Source of the DNA: Octopus vulgaris
Lineage: Eukaryota
Assembly: GCA_951406725.2 (NCBI GenBank)
Contig: OX597831.1
Location: forward strand, 56,048,001-56,112,000
Reading direction: 5' to 3'
Length of the DNA: 64,000 bases
This document shows, piece after piece, positions 52,861-64,000 of the stretch. Position numbers and translations under genes: made by a program. Every line of letters begins with the position of its first letter. The first letter of the stretch is position 1. The notes beneath the pieces were generated by a model. That model saw only the letters and a list, made by a program, of their open reading frames with translations. It had not been told where the DNA came from and ran no database searches.

Positions 52861-54097
52861 CAGAGTGTGTAAGATATTTAAGGACACATTTATATTTATA
52901 AAATATATAAATATAATAACAGATAACTTTATCAAAAAATGGTTTGAAGATAAAAATAAACCTTTTCTATAATGTTATTCAATAAAGCCACTTTCAGCTT
53001 CGACAACCGCTTCTATATGAGATCTAAATCGTCTACATGTTTGAATCAAGTGGTCCTGGTTCATTTTGGACATTATTCTGACTATGGCAGCTTTCAAAGG
53101 ATCTTTGGTGTTATGGCCATATTCATTCACCTCTCTCTCAACAACACTCCACATGTAATAGTCCAATGGATTGAGATCTGGGGAATTAGGAGGCCAAACG
53201 TTAGGGATTATGTGAGCATGAAAATTTTCATCCATCCATTCCTGTGTTACTAGAGCCATGTGTCATAGTCTCACTGAAACACATATAGCCTTCAATTGCA
53301 TACACTGTCTATCCAGAGCTTAAGTATTTCCAGGACCTCAATGTATGTGGCAGAGTTTAAATCTAAGGCCTTGTGGAAAAAAGTAAGGAGGTATCACATG
53401 CCCTTCATTGCTGACAACCTCTAAAACCATGACAGTTGCAGGAAATTTTGTATGCATCATACTTGAAACTTCAGAAAGGTCTGCACATAACCATCTGTCA
53501 TTTCTTCTGTTAACTTTTGATCTTCGTCAAAGTTTTTCTCATTTGAGAAAAACTAAATCAAATCTTCTGATGGATTTTTTCAATTTGTTTAGAGCCTTTT
53601 AGATCTGATGTGGTGATTTTCTCTTGCTTTTTCTGACAAATTGACCTTTCCTCATCATATAAGACATGTCTGATGTCTTTGTGGCCAACATTTCTGACTG
53701 TTCCTTCTGACACATGAAGATCTTTTGCAATTGACCTCATGCACTTTCTGAGATTGTAATCAATGGTCTGTTGAACTTGCTGGATAAATTCAGGTGTTCT
53801 GATGATTTCAGATCCTTTAGGATGTATTTTCTGCTTTGATACTGGCGATGTTTCCATCATCAGTTTCTAGATCCTTACAAACTTCGCAGATGAAAGATCT
53901 GGCAACTTTTAAAAATCGAGATATTTCTAAATCACTATGCTCAGTCTTTATAACCACAATAACAGTATGCCTCTTCATTTTTTGAGTAAGCTGAGGGTCT
54001 GCCATTATTATTTTCTGAAACAAAGAGTATACAGAGTTAGCAAAAAATGCAGCAATGACCAAAAAAGGGTATGTCCTCAAATACCTTACGCACTCTG
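52861..54097 (-). mobile_element. Full-length decayed Tc1/mariner element (DD37D/maT-like)
   Basis: ~28-bp TIRs (CAGAGTGTGTAAGATATTTAAGGACACA and CAGAGTGCGTAAGGTATTTGAGGACATA), TA flanks, fragmented transposase with WPPNSPDLNPLDYYMWSVVE. Confidence 0.92.
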
Positions 54098-55261
54098 TAT
54101 ATATACATATATATATAACAGGCTTCTTTCAGTTTCCATCAACCAAATTTGCTCACAAGGATTTGTTCTTCCTGGAAAGTATAAGATACTTCCCCAAAAT
54201 GCTACTCAACGGGACAAACTCAAAAGCATACTTCTCAACCACACAGCTATGCCTGTAAAATTGATCATTTACTTTAAATTAATGTTTAATAGAGCCTAGA
54301 TTCTTAACCACTTTAGTACTGAAGAAATCCAACTAGATCAAAATGGCATCTATATATGTTATAGACACAATGATTACAAGAAAATAAAAAGGGAAAAAAA
54401 TTAATTAAATAAATGCATGATATTTTTTATACTTTTCACTAATGAGAAAAATGTATTAAAAATGTGGATTCTGGTCAGACGATTAGAAAGCCATGGATCA
54501 TAACTCTGCTCAAGAAAGGCCAATCTAGTGCTAAACATTATCAATTGCAACAACACCATTCACTGTATACATACAGATGAAGAAATATATACACATAAAC
54601 AGAGATACATCAAAAGAAATTTGCTTTCAACTTCAGTTTCCTAATTCACCATTTACCACTAGCTATGTGTGTGTGTGTATCTATCTTTCTATCAATCTGT
54701 GTCCATTTACTATCTATCTACCTGTATGTTTGCCTATCTAGCGGTGTCAGAACTCTTACACTTTAGTTCTACTTCTGTAGACCTACACTTAGACCTCCAA
54801 CTTTGCATTTCATATTTCTCTTGCTTTTATTTTAGTGAGACAAGGATACAAGGCTATAGATTTTAGAGAAGCCAGTGTCACTTCCAATGGTATTACCTTT
54901 AAGATAGCATATTAGCACTAGTATGTATAGAAATGTTACTTGTATTAAATATCAGAAAATCACTGCAAGGCAAGTGCACAGCAGGAGAGATCTTCAGAGA
55001 AAGAACTCCCATCTGACAAGTGTTTTAGCCCTTATACCTGACACTCTATGGGAGCCAGGCTCATCAGGATTCCTAGGTGTCCTCATGCTGCTTTCCAAAA
55101 TCCCAACTCCAGCAGGATTCAAACCTGGATCATTCTTTTTGTTATCTTGTGTTGCCAGGTCTGTGTTTCAGACCACTAAGCCACACTGACCACTGAAGGA
55201 ACCAGTTCTCTTCTTCCTTATATTTTCTATAGATAGCCAATGGAATCCATAAATTGGTTCC

Positions 55262-55307
<46 letters not shown>

Positions 55308-55310
<3 letters not shown>

Positions 55311-55795
55311 TAAAATATGGATCTTCGCCCACTCGTATATTGTTATTGGTACTGTAATATTGTTGTTGCCACTGTTATGTTGTGGTGATATTCTGCATCT
55401 TATTATCTTTGACTGTCTTTATGTTCTGAGTTCAAATTCCACCAAGGTCAACTTTGCCTTTCATCCTTTTGGGGTTGATAAATTAAGTACCAGTTGCATA
55501 CTGGGGTCGATCTAATCGACTGGCTCCCTCCTACCATAATTCAAGCCTTGTGCCTATAGCAGAAAGGATTATCTTTGACTCATCTATCATGCTATCGCTG
55601 ATAGTTCCACAAGACGACTATGAAAAGTTTACCTTTACGGTGATTCAAATTCATATATATCACATAACTCCAACTGAGAACTCGTACAATGACTCTACTA
55701 CTACTGACCTCCTACAATGACTGACTGTCTGACTTCATAGTGGCTTTCATACCACTTTGTCACATGAGAAGGAGTGTACCATTTTCAATACAACA
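55308..55795 (-). repeat. 3' LTR of the Gypsy element (interrupted by a SINE)
   Basis: Direct repeat of 58850-59141, adjacent to the PPT, TG...CA ends. Confidence 0.85.
55415..55567 (+). mobile_element. 5'-truncated SINE family B inside the Gypsy LTR
   Basis: Perfect 13-bp TSD ATTATCTTTGACT at 55402-55414 and 55568-55580. Absent from the other LTR. Confidence 0.88.
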
Positions 55796-56029
55796 TCTCC
55801 CCTTTCAGTTTTTGTTTTCTTTCGGGAGCAAATAATTTTATTTTACTTTATTCACCCCACCTCTCTTTTTAGCAGGTATTTTTTTGACTTAATATTTTTT
55901 TTTCTTTTTGGCATCTATTTGTAGGAACTCTGTGTTCTTCTTTTTTCTTCCACTTGGACACATGGGTTCAACCACCTGTAACAGTGTTGGTACCTAGAAT
56001 GTCTTCACACTTGTGTAAGAGTACAGCAC

Positions 56030-57300
56030 CTACCCCACACTCACCGGTATCGTTTTCAACTTTAGATCAAAGTGTGCAAGCAACAAATCTGAAATTAACA
56101 TGCTTTTTAGTTCCTCAAATGCTTTCTGGCCTTTTTCTGACCAAAGCCTTTTGGCATCCTTTTTTAAGAGCTCGCTTAGAGGAGCCCTTGTGTTGTGTAT
56201 GTTCGGGATATATACTTGATAGTAGTTTACCAACCCTAAAAATGCTTGTAACAATTTGACATTGATTGTGGGAGGCATATTCCATATTGCTGTTGCCCTT
56301 TTGTCAATTACTTGACCCAAATATTTTATTTTTTCATCAAAAATTCACACTTTTCCTAGTCTAAACCCATATTTGTTTATTTTTCCAAATACTTTTTTAA
56401 TATGTTCAAAGAATTGCTCTTTATCAAAATATCATCGAGATAAGTGATGGCAAAGTCGCAATCATTTAACATTGTGTCCATTACTTGTTGGAATATGGCA
56501 GGTGTCACTTTTACTCCAAAAGGAAGCCGCTTGAATTTATACAACTCATGGTGTGTGTTGACTGTTAAGAAGTGTGTGCAATCTTCCTTTACCTGTATCT
56601 GCAGATAGGCCTCCAAGAGGCCTAACTTTGAGAAAATTTTTCCTCCATTTAGTTTTGAGAACAATTCTTCTAGGCCTGATAATGGACAGTTGTGTTCAAG
56701 TAAACAGTCATTTAATCCAGTTGAAAAGTCTGCACACACTCTTAGTTTATTATATTTTTTCTTTACATAAACCATCAGAATGGTTGACCTTTTCAATTAT
56801 AACTAGACTTTCTAGCTCTTTATTGACCTGGTCCAACGCTGCAAATGGCACATTCCATTTAGGCCTGAAAACAGGTGTTGCCTTTTCTTTTACCATGATC
56901 CTCACTTTGGTTTAGCGTAACAACCTAATCCTTCCTAAAAAACATTTGGAAAACAATTTTTTAATTTTTTGTCTCAGTTGTTCGACTTCATTTGAACTTT
57001 CAACTGTGCCAACTACATTTTTACGGAGAACACTAATGGGGGTATCCCATGTTTTAAATAACTCCATGCATTCTGTGCCAAATAGGTTTAGTGACTTTTT
57101 CAACACATAAATTATTGTCCCTTTCATTTCACCTTGAAAAATTACATTGCAGATATATTCACCCATGAAATATAATTCCTTTCCTTTGATTTATATAATT
57201 TCGGCTTACCGGTTTGTCACCATGTTTCTTTATTTATGATAGTGATGTCCCAACCCATGTCTAATTGCCTTTACACTCTAATGGTTTTGACTTTCACTTT
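56030..57300 (-). pseudogene. Gypsy pol relic (protease, RT, partial RNase H)
   Basis: LRVCADFSTGLND, IFSKLGLLEAYLQI, YKFKRLPFGVKVTPAIFQQVMD, YLDDILI, LQAFLGLVNYY, with frameshifts between blocks. Confidence 0.9.
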
Positions 57301-57379
57301 TATGAATTTTCTTTTCTTTATACAAACTTTTCTGATGACAACCTTTTTTTTTTTTCTCGCCTGGTCCAATTTTTCATCA

Positions 57380-58676
57380 TCTTAGTTCTGCAGTGAAATT
57401 TAATATGTCCTGTGTGCCCACAATGCAAACACTTCACTTTTTTTAAATGGACACTCTTTTCTCAGGTGCCATACATGGGTTTATCTCCAATATATATCAT
57501 GATTTTTTGTGAAATACTTTATCCATCTTCCAACTTTTTTGCACAGGTTTTATCTGTAAACAATAGGCGCAGGAGTGGCTGTGTGGTAAGTAGCTTGCTA
57601 ACCAACCACATGGTTCCGGGTTCAGTCCCACTGCGTGGCATTTTGGGCAAGTGTCTTCTGCTATAGCCTCGGGCCGACCAAAGCCTTGTGAGTGGATTTG
57701 GTAGATGGAAACTGAAAGAAGCCTGTCGTATATATGTATATGTATATATATATATATGTATGTGTGTGTATATGTTTGTGTGTCTGTGTTTGTCCCTCTA
57801 GCATTGCTTGACAACCGATGCTGGTGTGTTTACGTCCCCGTCACTTAGCGGTTCGGCAAAAAGAGTCCGATAGAATAAGTACTGGGCTTACAAAGAATAA
57901 GTCCCGAGGTCGATTTGCTCGACTAAAGGCGGTGCTCCAGCATGGCCGCAGTCAAATGACTGAAACAAGTAAAAGTAAAAAGTAAAAATCTCTGCACTGG
58001 ATTTCTTCTGTGTCGTACCTTACTTTTAATATCATATCACACTCTTCTGACAGTTTCTGGAGAGTTATATCCTAGTTCATTTCCAGGTTTGTGAGAATTT
58101 TTGTTCCGACTTCTGCATCCTTTTTAGAGGTAGGTCTCTGAACAAAAATCAGGCACTTGAACAAGTCTGGAGTTAGTTTAGTCAGTTTAAATCTCTCGCA
58201 CTCTCTATTTACTCTACCCACATATGTGGTAAAGTCTTCGTCATCGCTTTTCTCAGGGTTCAAGCACTTCCAACATGTGTTGAACAATGATGATTTTTTT
58301 CACTAAACATCCAACATAAAATGACAATTGTGTCTGTGAAATTTATGTCAGAAACTTTTTTAGGCAAAATAAAGTTTCAATATTTCTCATGCTCTATTAT
58401 CACCAGTTTCCTCAGAATTAGATGCATTTTCATTTCCTCCATCCAGTCTTGGCATTCTTTTTCAAAAATTTGTTCAAATCTTCAGTAATATGCCTCGAAA
58501 GTGATTCTTTCTTTTTGGTCATATTTAAATTCATTTATTGAATTTGTTACATGGTCCCGTGAAAATGTATTTTCCAGTTTTTTTTACCAACTTCATTAGT
58601 TGTAGCATTTGTTGTTGTTCTTTGAGTTGGTGTTGTTGCTGTTTTTGCAACTTAACTAAACCCTCAAGTTTTCCAT
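57380..58676 (-). pseudogene. Gypsy gag relic (SINE-interrupted)
   Basis: Q-rich N-terminus, EDFTTYVGRVNRECERFKL...DLFKCLIFV, and a CCHC knuckle at ~57385-57430. Confidence 0.8.
57566..57988 (+). mobile_element. tRNA-headed SINE family A, young copy inserted in Gypsy gag
   Basis: GGCGCAGGAGTGGCTGTGTGGTAAG...GGTTCAGTCCC (A/B-box-like), internal (TA)/(TG) microsatellite, 3' module ending TGAAACAAGTAAAAG repeats. Confidence 0.9.
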
Positions 58677-58849
58677 AATTTTACAGATTTTTTGTAAAAT
58701 ATATACAACAAAAATATTTGCTACTCCTCTGTTGAGTTTTTAATTTCTCCACGCGAAAAATTTTTCAAAGTTGTGAATTGTGTAGTTTCTCGTAAAAAAT
58801 TTTTTTTTGTTTTTTCAATGTTGTCCACATGAATTGCCTCGTTGCCACT

Positions 58850-59137
58850 ATTGTACTGTGGATCTTCATCCACTTGTATACTTGTATATTGTTGCCACTA
58901 TTATGTTGTGGTGGTATTCCACATTATCTCTGACTCATCTATCATGCTATCACTGATAGCTCTGCAAGACAACTTTGAAACATCTACCTTGAACTCATAT
59001 ATATCACATAAGTGGCACTAACTCCAACTGAGAACTCCTACAACAACTCTGCTACTGACCTCCTACAATAACTGACTGTCTGACATTAAAATGGCCTCTC
59101 ATACCACCTGGTCACATGGGAAGCAGTGTACTATTTT

Positions 59138-59141
<4 letters not shown>
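58850..59141 (-). repeat. 5' LTR of the Gypsy element
   Basis: Direct repeat of 55308-55795, adjacent to the PBS. Confidence 0.85.
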
Positions 59142-59168
<27 letters not shown>

Positions 59169-59462
59169 GGAGGCGCAATGGCCCAGTGGTTAGGGCAGCA
59201 GACTCGCGGTCGTAGGATCGCAGTTTCGATTCCCAGACCGGGCATTGTGAGTGTTTATTGAGCGAAAACACCTAAAACCTCCACGACACTCCGGCAGGGG
59301 GTTGTGATCCCTACTGTACTCTTTGACCACTCTTTCTCCTGTTGGCCTGCTTGCTTAGCCAGCGGGGTGGTGTCATTCAAAGGCTAAAACAATGTGAATG
59401 CATTGTGACCAGCGATGTGTAACAACATCTGATGGTCTGGTCGGTCACATGATCACGTGATA
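59169..59462 (+). mobile_element. tRNA(Arg)-like-headed SINE
   Basis: GGCGCAATGGCCCAGTGGTTAGGGCAGCAGACTCGCGGTC...GTTTCGATTCCC head (A/B boxes, TCG at the anticodon-like position), followed by ~220 nt of non-tRNA body. Confidence 0.75.
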
Positions 59463-59539
59463 TGTATATATATATTGTCGTCATCATCAACCTCTAGAAA
59501 TTACTGTCTCGAGTCTTAGGACTCATAGGGCTTCCACTG

Positions 59540-59752
59540 AGTCTTAGGACTCAATTGTTTCCATTGCATATAAATGACTGGCGTCTCTTTACACCAGTCT
59601 ATCACAGGGTTACTTGTTTACAGCTGAGTGGACTGAAGCAGTGTGAAATGAAGTGTTTTGCTCAAGAACACAAGACACCACCCAGTCCAGGAATCAATAC
59701 TATGATCTTGCAATCATAAGTACAACACCCTAACCACTAGGCTACATGCCTT
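59540..59752 (-). mobile_element. tRNA-headed SINE with a V-domain-like segment
   Basis: Minus strand TAGCCTAGTGGTTAGGGTG...TTGATTCCTGG...CTTGAGCAAAACACTT...ACCCTGTGATAGACTGG. Confidence 0.6.
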
Positions 59753-60542
59753 CTCATGTACACACACACACACACACATACATAAATAATAATTTTAAAT
59801 TTGGGTATACACCTTGTAGTAAACCCAAAATAAGTGAAACAGAGATTAAAAAAGGGGGTATCATTTGACAATTTGCCTGACGAGATATCTGTATCGATGA
59901 TGTACCACAACGGTTTATATAGCAGCTCACCTGCAAGGCACCAGTGCACAATGGGTCTGAATGATCATAATGAATAATAAAGGGATTCATGAATTCCATT
60001 TATTTTCTCTCATATTTTACATACAAGCACATATATAAAGAATGCAAACATATACACATACATACAGGTATAGACATAAGCATCCATGGAAGGAATTTCT
60101 TTCCGGTGAAATTCCTCTATATATCTATTTATAGGTGCATATATATCTTGGTGTCAACTGCCTCTATCTCCTCTATTTTAATCCATCTTATACGCTCTTC
60201 ATCTGTATAGATATCTGTCTTTACATCTTATATCGCTATCTGTATGTATATGTGTGTGTGTCTATATATATAAATACATGAGTGAGTAGAGAAAATGAAA
60301 GCAAAAGCACTCAACACATTAGTAGGAGTTACATATAGTATTATCTAAAACAATTTGATTCAGTTCCATGTAACTTAAAGTTTCACAGACTTCAAATAGA
60401 AACCTAATTTGATCAGGTTCATTTATACACAGAGAGAAAGCAAATTTCTTAATCACACAGCCATATCTGTGCCTACATAGTGCTATATATATCATCATCA
60501 TCATCATCATTTAGCATCCGTTCTCCATGCTAGCATGCGTTG

Positions 60543-60591
<49 letters not shown>

Positions 60592-60753
60592 CAGGCACAG
60601 GCATAGCAGTGTGGTAAGTGGCTTGCTTCCCAACTACTTGATTCCAGGTTCAGTCCCACTGTGTGACATCTTCAACATGTTTCTTCTATTAGAGCCCTGA
60701 GGCCAACCAAAGCCTTGCGAGTGGATTTGGTAGATGGTAACTGAAAGAAGCCC

Positions 60754-60780
<27 letters not shown>

Positions 60781-60784
<4 letters not shown>

Positions 60785-61669
60785 GTCATCCCATAAATAA
60801 TGCGGTTTTTCAACTGCATGAACTAAAAGTCAGAAGGAGAAGGGATAAACTACCTGCATCAACTTGCTATAAAAGCAGGTAGTAATTTTACCTTGTCCTT
60901 ATTTTTAGTGCAAGTTTTGAAGAGTGCAGTTCGATTTTAATAGTTATTTTTTCAAAGCTATAATGGAAGTGACAAAGGAACATATTTTGCTTTACAAGTT
61001 CAAACAAGGCAACAGAATATTAATGCAGTATATGGGGATCAGACAATAAGTGTAAGCTAGTGTCAACAGTGGTTCCAGAAATTCCAAGCTGGAAACTACA
61101 GCCTAGAAGACGAGCTTCATCCTGGAAGATCTGTAGAGCTCAATGAGGACGCCCTGCAAACCCTGGTGCAACGAAATCCCATCATAACTGTTGAGGAACT
61201 AGCAGAGAAGCTTGGATCTGGTTATTCAACCATTGATCGACACCTGCATGCCATCAGAAAAGTCAGCAAATTGGTTTCAAGATGAAAGGTGTTCTTCCAT
61301 TAGGATAATGCTTGGCCACATACAGCAAGGATGACAGTCCAAAGGCTGGAGCAGTTTGAATGGGAAACAATGCCCCATATTCACCAAACATTGCCCCCAT
61401 CTGATTATCATTTACTCTGCAGTCTTCAAAATCATTTGGATGGAAAAAATATGAATTCTGTAGATAAGGTCAGAACAGTACTGGAGGAGTATTTTTTGTC
61501 ATGGACAAGTGAATTTTGGAAAAGGGGCCTTGCAAGTCTACCAGATAGATGTAAGAGCATTGTAGAAAATGAAGGAGAGTATATTTTTGATTAAAAAAGA
61601 AGTTTGTTTATTAATATTTTGAAAAATAAAAGAAGTGTAAAAAACCACATTATTTATGAGGTGATCCAA
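60781..61669 (+). mobile_element. Internally deleted mariner (DD34D type)
   Basis: TIRs TTGGGTCATCCCATAAATAATGCGGTTTTT and TTGGATCACCTCATAAATAATGTGGTTTTT within TA runs. HTH relic (WFQKFQAGNYSLEDE), H*DNAWPHTA and PSDYHLL motifs. Confidence 0.9.
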
Positions 61670-61802
61670 TATATATATAGTAGTAGTAGTAGTAGTAGTA
61701 GTAGTAACAGAAAAGAAGAATTTCAATTATCCCCACGGGGTGAGTTGTAATAGATATAAGAAATTAAAAAAGGAAAATACACACACTTTACATAGTTTTA
61801 AT

Positions 61803-61837
61803 ATATCAACCGGTTTCGCTTTCGCTATTCATGATAT
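61803..61837 (-). ncRNA. Candidate minimal type I hammerhead ribozyme (A3-U8 variant)
   Basis: Minus strand AUAUC-AUGAAUA-GC(GAAA)GC-GAA-ACCGGU-U-GAUAU: stem I of 5 bp, stem II with GNRA loop, palindromic stem III. Confidence 0.6.
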
Positions 61838-62504
61838 TATGTTTTACTAATTTGAATATGTATTTTCTTAAGAAATTTCTGTCCATGTTGTAAGTGATGA
61901 TATTTACGAGTGAATGACTTCACAAGTAGAAAAATAAGGGTAGGTAATTGGTTATCGTTATTATTGTTGTTGTTGTGGGCAAGGGAGATAACTGTTCAGC
62001 TTTCGATAGGGGGGGGATATATATGTACACACACAAAAAAAGGGTTTCGAAAAACTTGTTTAGTGAGGGGATTTATGTACAGTGATGTAATCGTGAATTG
62101 AAATATGTAAAAAGATAAAAGTTGGTTACGCATGCAATAAAGACGTGTTCTGTATTTTTCAATGAAAAAAGTTTTTAATGACTAAAATGAATGAAAAAAA
62201 AAGATCATCACTGCAGTGTTTTATCTCGTAAGATTATTGAATTCTATTTGGGGTGGCTTCATTGTTAGTACAGAAAAAGGGGATGTGTTGGACATCATAA
62301 TGATGTCAAACAGCATTCTATGAAATGTCAAATGTTTAAATGTCATTAAACAATGTTTATAAATAGAGTGAAAACTTAGTACTTTTAAAGAGTATCAAGT
62401 CGCATTCTTGCTATACTGGCTGCAGATTTTGGATGCTCAATGTGAGTGAATAACATCCAGATTATTCAATACTGCAAAATATGGAAACAATTATATCTAT
62501 CTTA

Positions 62505-62780
62505 TTTTACTTGTTTCGGTCATTGGACTGCAACCATGCTGAGGTAGCATCTAGAAGAATTTAGTCAAACAAATCAACCCAAGTACATTTTTTTTTTGTT
62601 TCAAATCTGGTACTTAATCTATTGGTCTCTTTTGCCAAACTGCTAAGTTATGGAGACATAAACACACCAATAGCAGCTGTCAAGTGGTCATTGGGCACAA
62701 ACACCAAACGCACACATACACACACACAGAGGTTTCTTTCAATTTCTATTTTCCAAATCCACTCACAAAGCTTTGGTCTA
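62505..62780 (-). mobile_element. SINE family A, 5'-truncated
   Basis: Reverse-complement match to the 3' module and part of the head. Confidence 0.8.
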
Positions 62781-63428
62781 GATACCTAGCTAGACAGACA
62801 CACAGCTAGGTACATAGATGAGTCTACAGATATATCAATAGATACACAGATAGAGATATATATATTAATAGATATACAAATAGATAGGTAGCTGAACTGA
62901 ACTGAAATGAAAATATTCTCATTTGGTAAATAACTTACACTGAGCCTTCATGGTGGTGGTAGTGGTTGGACAGCAAAAAAAAATGCAGTTTTATATATAT
63001 ATATATGAATACGGTTTTATCTTTTTAATTCATCTTTTATTTCTTTAAACTATAAAGCACATAATATCTGTCAAACATATTAAAAGCAGCAATGTCTTCT
63101 CAGTTCATTTTGATTATATTTAAAAGTACAGTTTTGATTTGAAATTTTTTGCTTGTATCTAAAACTCTGAGTTACATGGTGACATTTCCACAGATCTCAC
63201 AAGTTTTGTAATTATTTCATCAATGACCATCATTGTCATCAACATTTAACATCCATTTTCCATGTTAGCATGAGCTGGGTACTGGGTGCTTTTTACATGG
63301 CACCACCACCAATGCTCTTTATATGATACCAGCACCCATACCCATGCTTTTTATGTGGCACCTTGGTTTTAGGATTCCAATTAGATAATACATTTAACAA
63401 CAAATTAATAATATATACATATATACAT

Positions 63429-63843
63429 AGGCGCAGGAGTGGCTGTGTGGTAAGTAGCTTGTTTGCCAACCACATGGTTCCAGGTTCAGTTCCACTGCGT
63501 GGCACCTTGGGCAAGTGTCTTCTGCTATAGCCTTGGGCCGACCAAAGCCTTGTGAGTGGAGTTGGTAGACGGAAACTGAAAGAAGCCCGTCGTATATATG
63601 TATATATATGTATGTGCGTGTATGTTTGTGTGTCTGTGTTTGTCCCCCTAGCATTGCTTGACAACCGATGCTGGTGTGTTTATGTCCCCGTCACTTAGCG
63701 GTTCAGCAAAAAGAAACCGATAGAATAAGTACTGGGCTTACAAAGAATAAGTCCCAGGGTCGAGTTGCTTGATTAAAGGAGGTGCTCCAGCATGGCCGCA
63801 GTCAAAATGACTGAAACAAGTAAAAGAGAAAAAGAAAAGAAAG
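63429..63843 (+). mobile_element. SINE family A, young copy
   Basis: Near-identical to 57566-57988. Confidence 0.9.
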
Positions 63844-64000
63844 ATACATGCATGTGTATATATCTATCTATTTATATAAACACACATGCGATAATTTGTC
63901 ATAATATACTTCTCTTGCTACTACTTCACCCCCACCCCAATCAGATAACCCCTGGCTCCTATTTGTATTTACATCCTTTTCTTACTATTCTACAGAGGCA

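Larger units (their letters stand above)
55308..59141 (-). mobile_element. Decayed Ty3/Gypsy LTR retrotransposon lacking integrase
   Basis: Two similar direct LTRs. PBS TGGCAACGAGG at 58837-58847, 1 mismatch to a tRNA-Ser 3' end. PPT AAAGGGGAGA at ~55796-55805. Gag with CLHCGHTGHIKFHC zinc knuckle, protease relic LDMGWDIT, RT and start of RNase H. Flanked by (TA)n/(TG)n. Confidence 0.92.

Noticed and set aside
59169-59245. tRNA-Arg-like sequence
   Set aside because: The acceptor stem and arms do not pair properly and it continues into a SINE body, so it is a SINE head and not a tRNA gene.
61850-62480. Possible Penelope GIY-YIG coding relic upstream of the hammerhead
   Set aside because: No convincing motif found by eye.
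63293-63664. Repeated ORFs such as IRRASFSFRLP... and DGLLSVSVYQIHSQGFG...
   Set aside because: Antisense translations of SINE family A that recur in each copy.

Overview
AT-rich, repeat-dense animal genomic DNA. The SINE, RTE and MITE families look like those of Octopus; this is recognition from memory, not a search result. The only supported host gene is the 5' part of a dipeptidyl peptidase 8/9 (DPP9-like) gene on the minus strand: an ATG-bearing exon (20932-21423 coding) spliced across a ~20 kb intron to a 172-nt exon (763-934). The gene continues past the left edge of the window. A CpG-retaining region at ~47.6-51 kb probably holds the promoter and a non-coding first exon (inferred). The rest is intronic or intergenic mobile DNA: several SINE families, decayed RTE LINEs, two non-autonomous Helitrons (one carrying a LINE ORF1 fragment), piggyBac-type and hAT MITEs, four Tc1/mariner relics, a decayed Gypsy LTR element and Penelope-like ends. 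The most notable observations are a complete minimal hammerhead-ribozyme fold with a compensatory A3-U8 core pair (61803-61837, minus), related decayed hammerhead copies, an in-frame ATG-TGA start-stop uORF just before the DPP9 start, and a Gypsy element whose outer LTR ends differ from its inner ends. Repeat boundaries were read by eye and are approximate unless termini are quoted.
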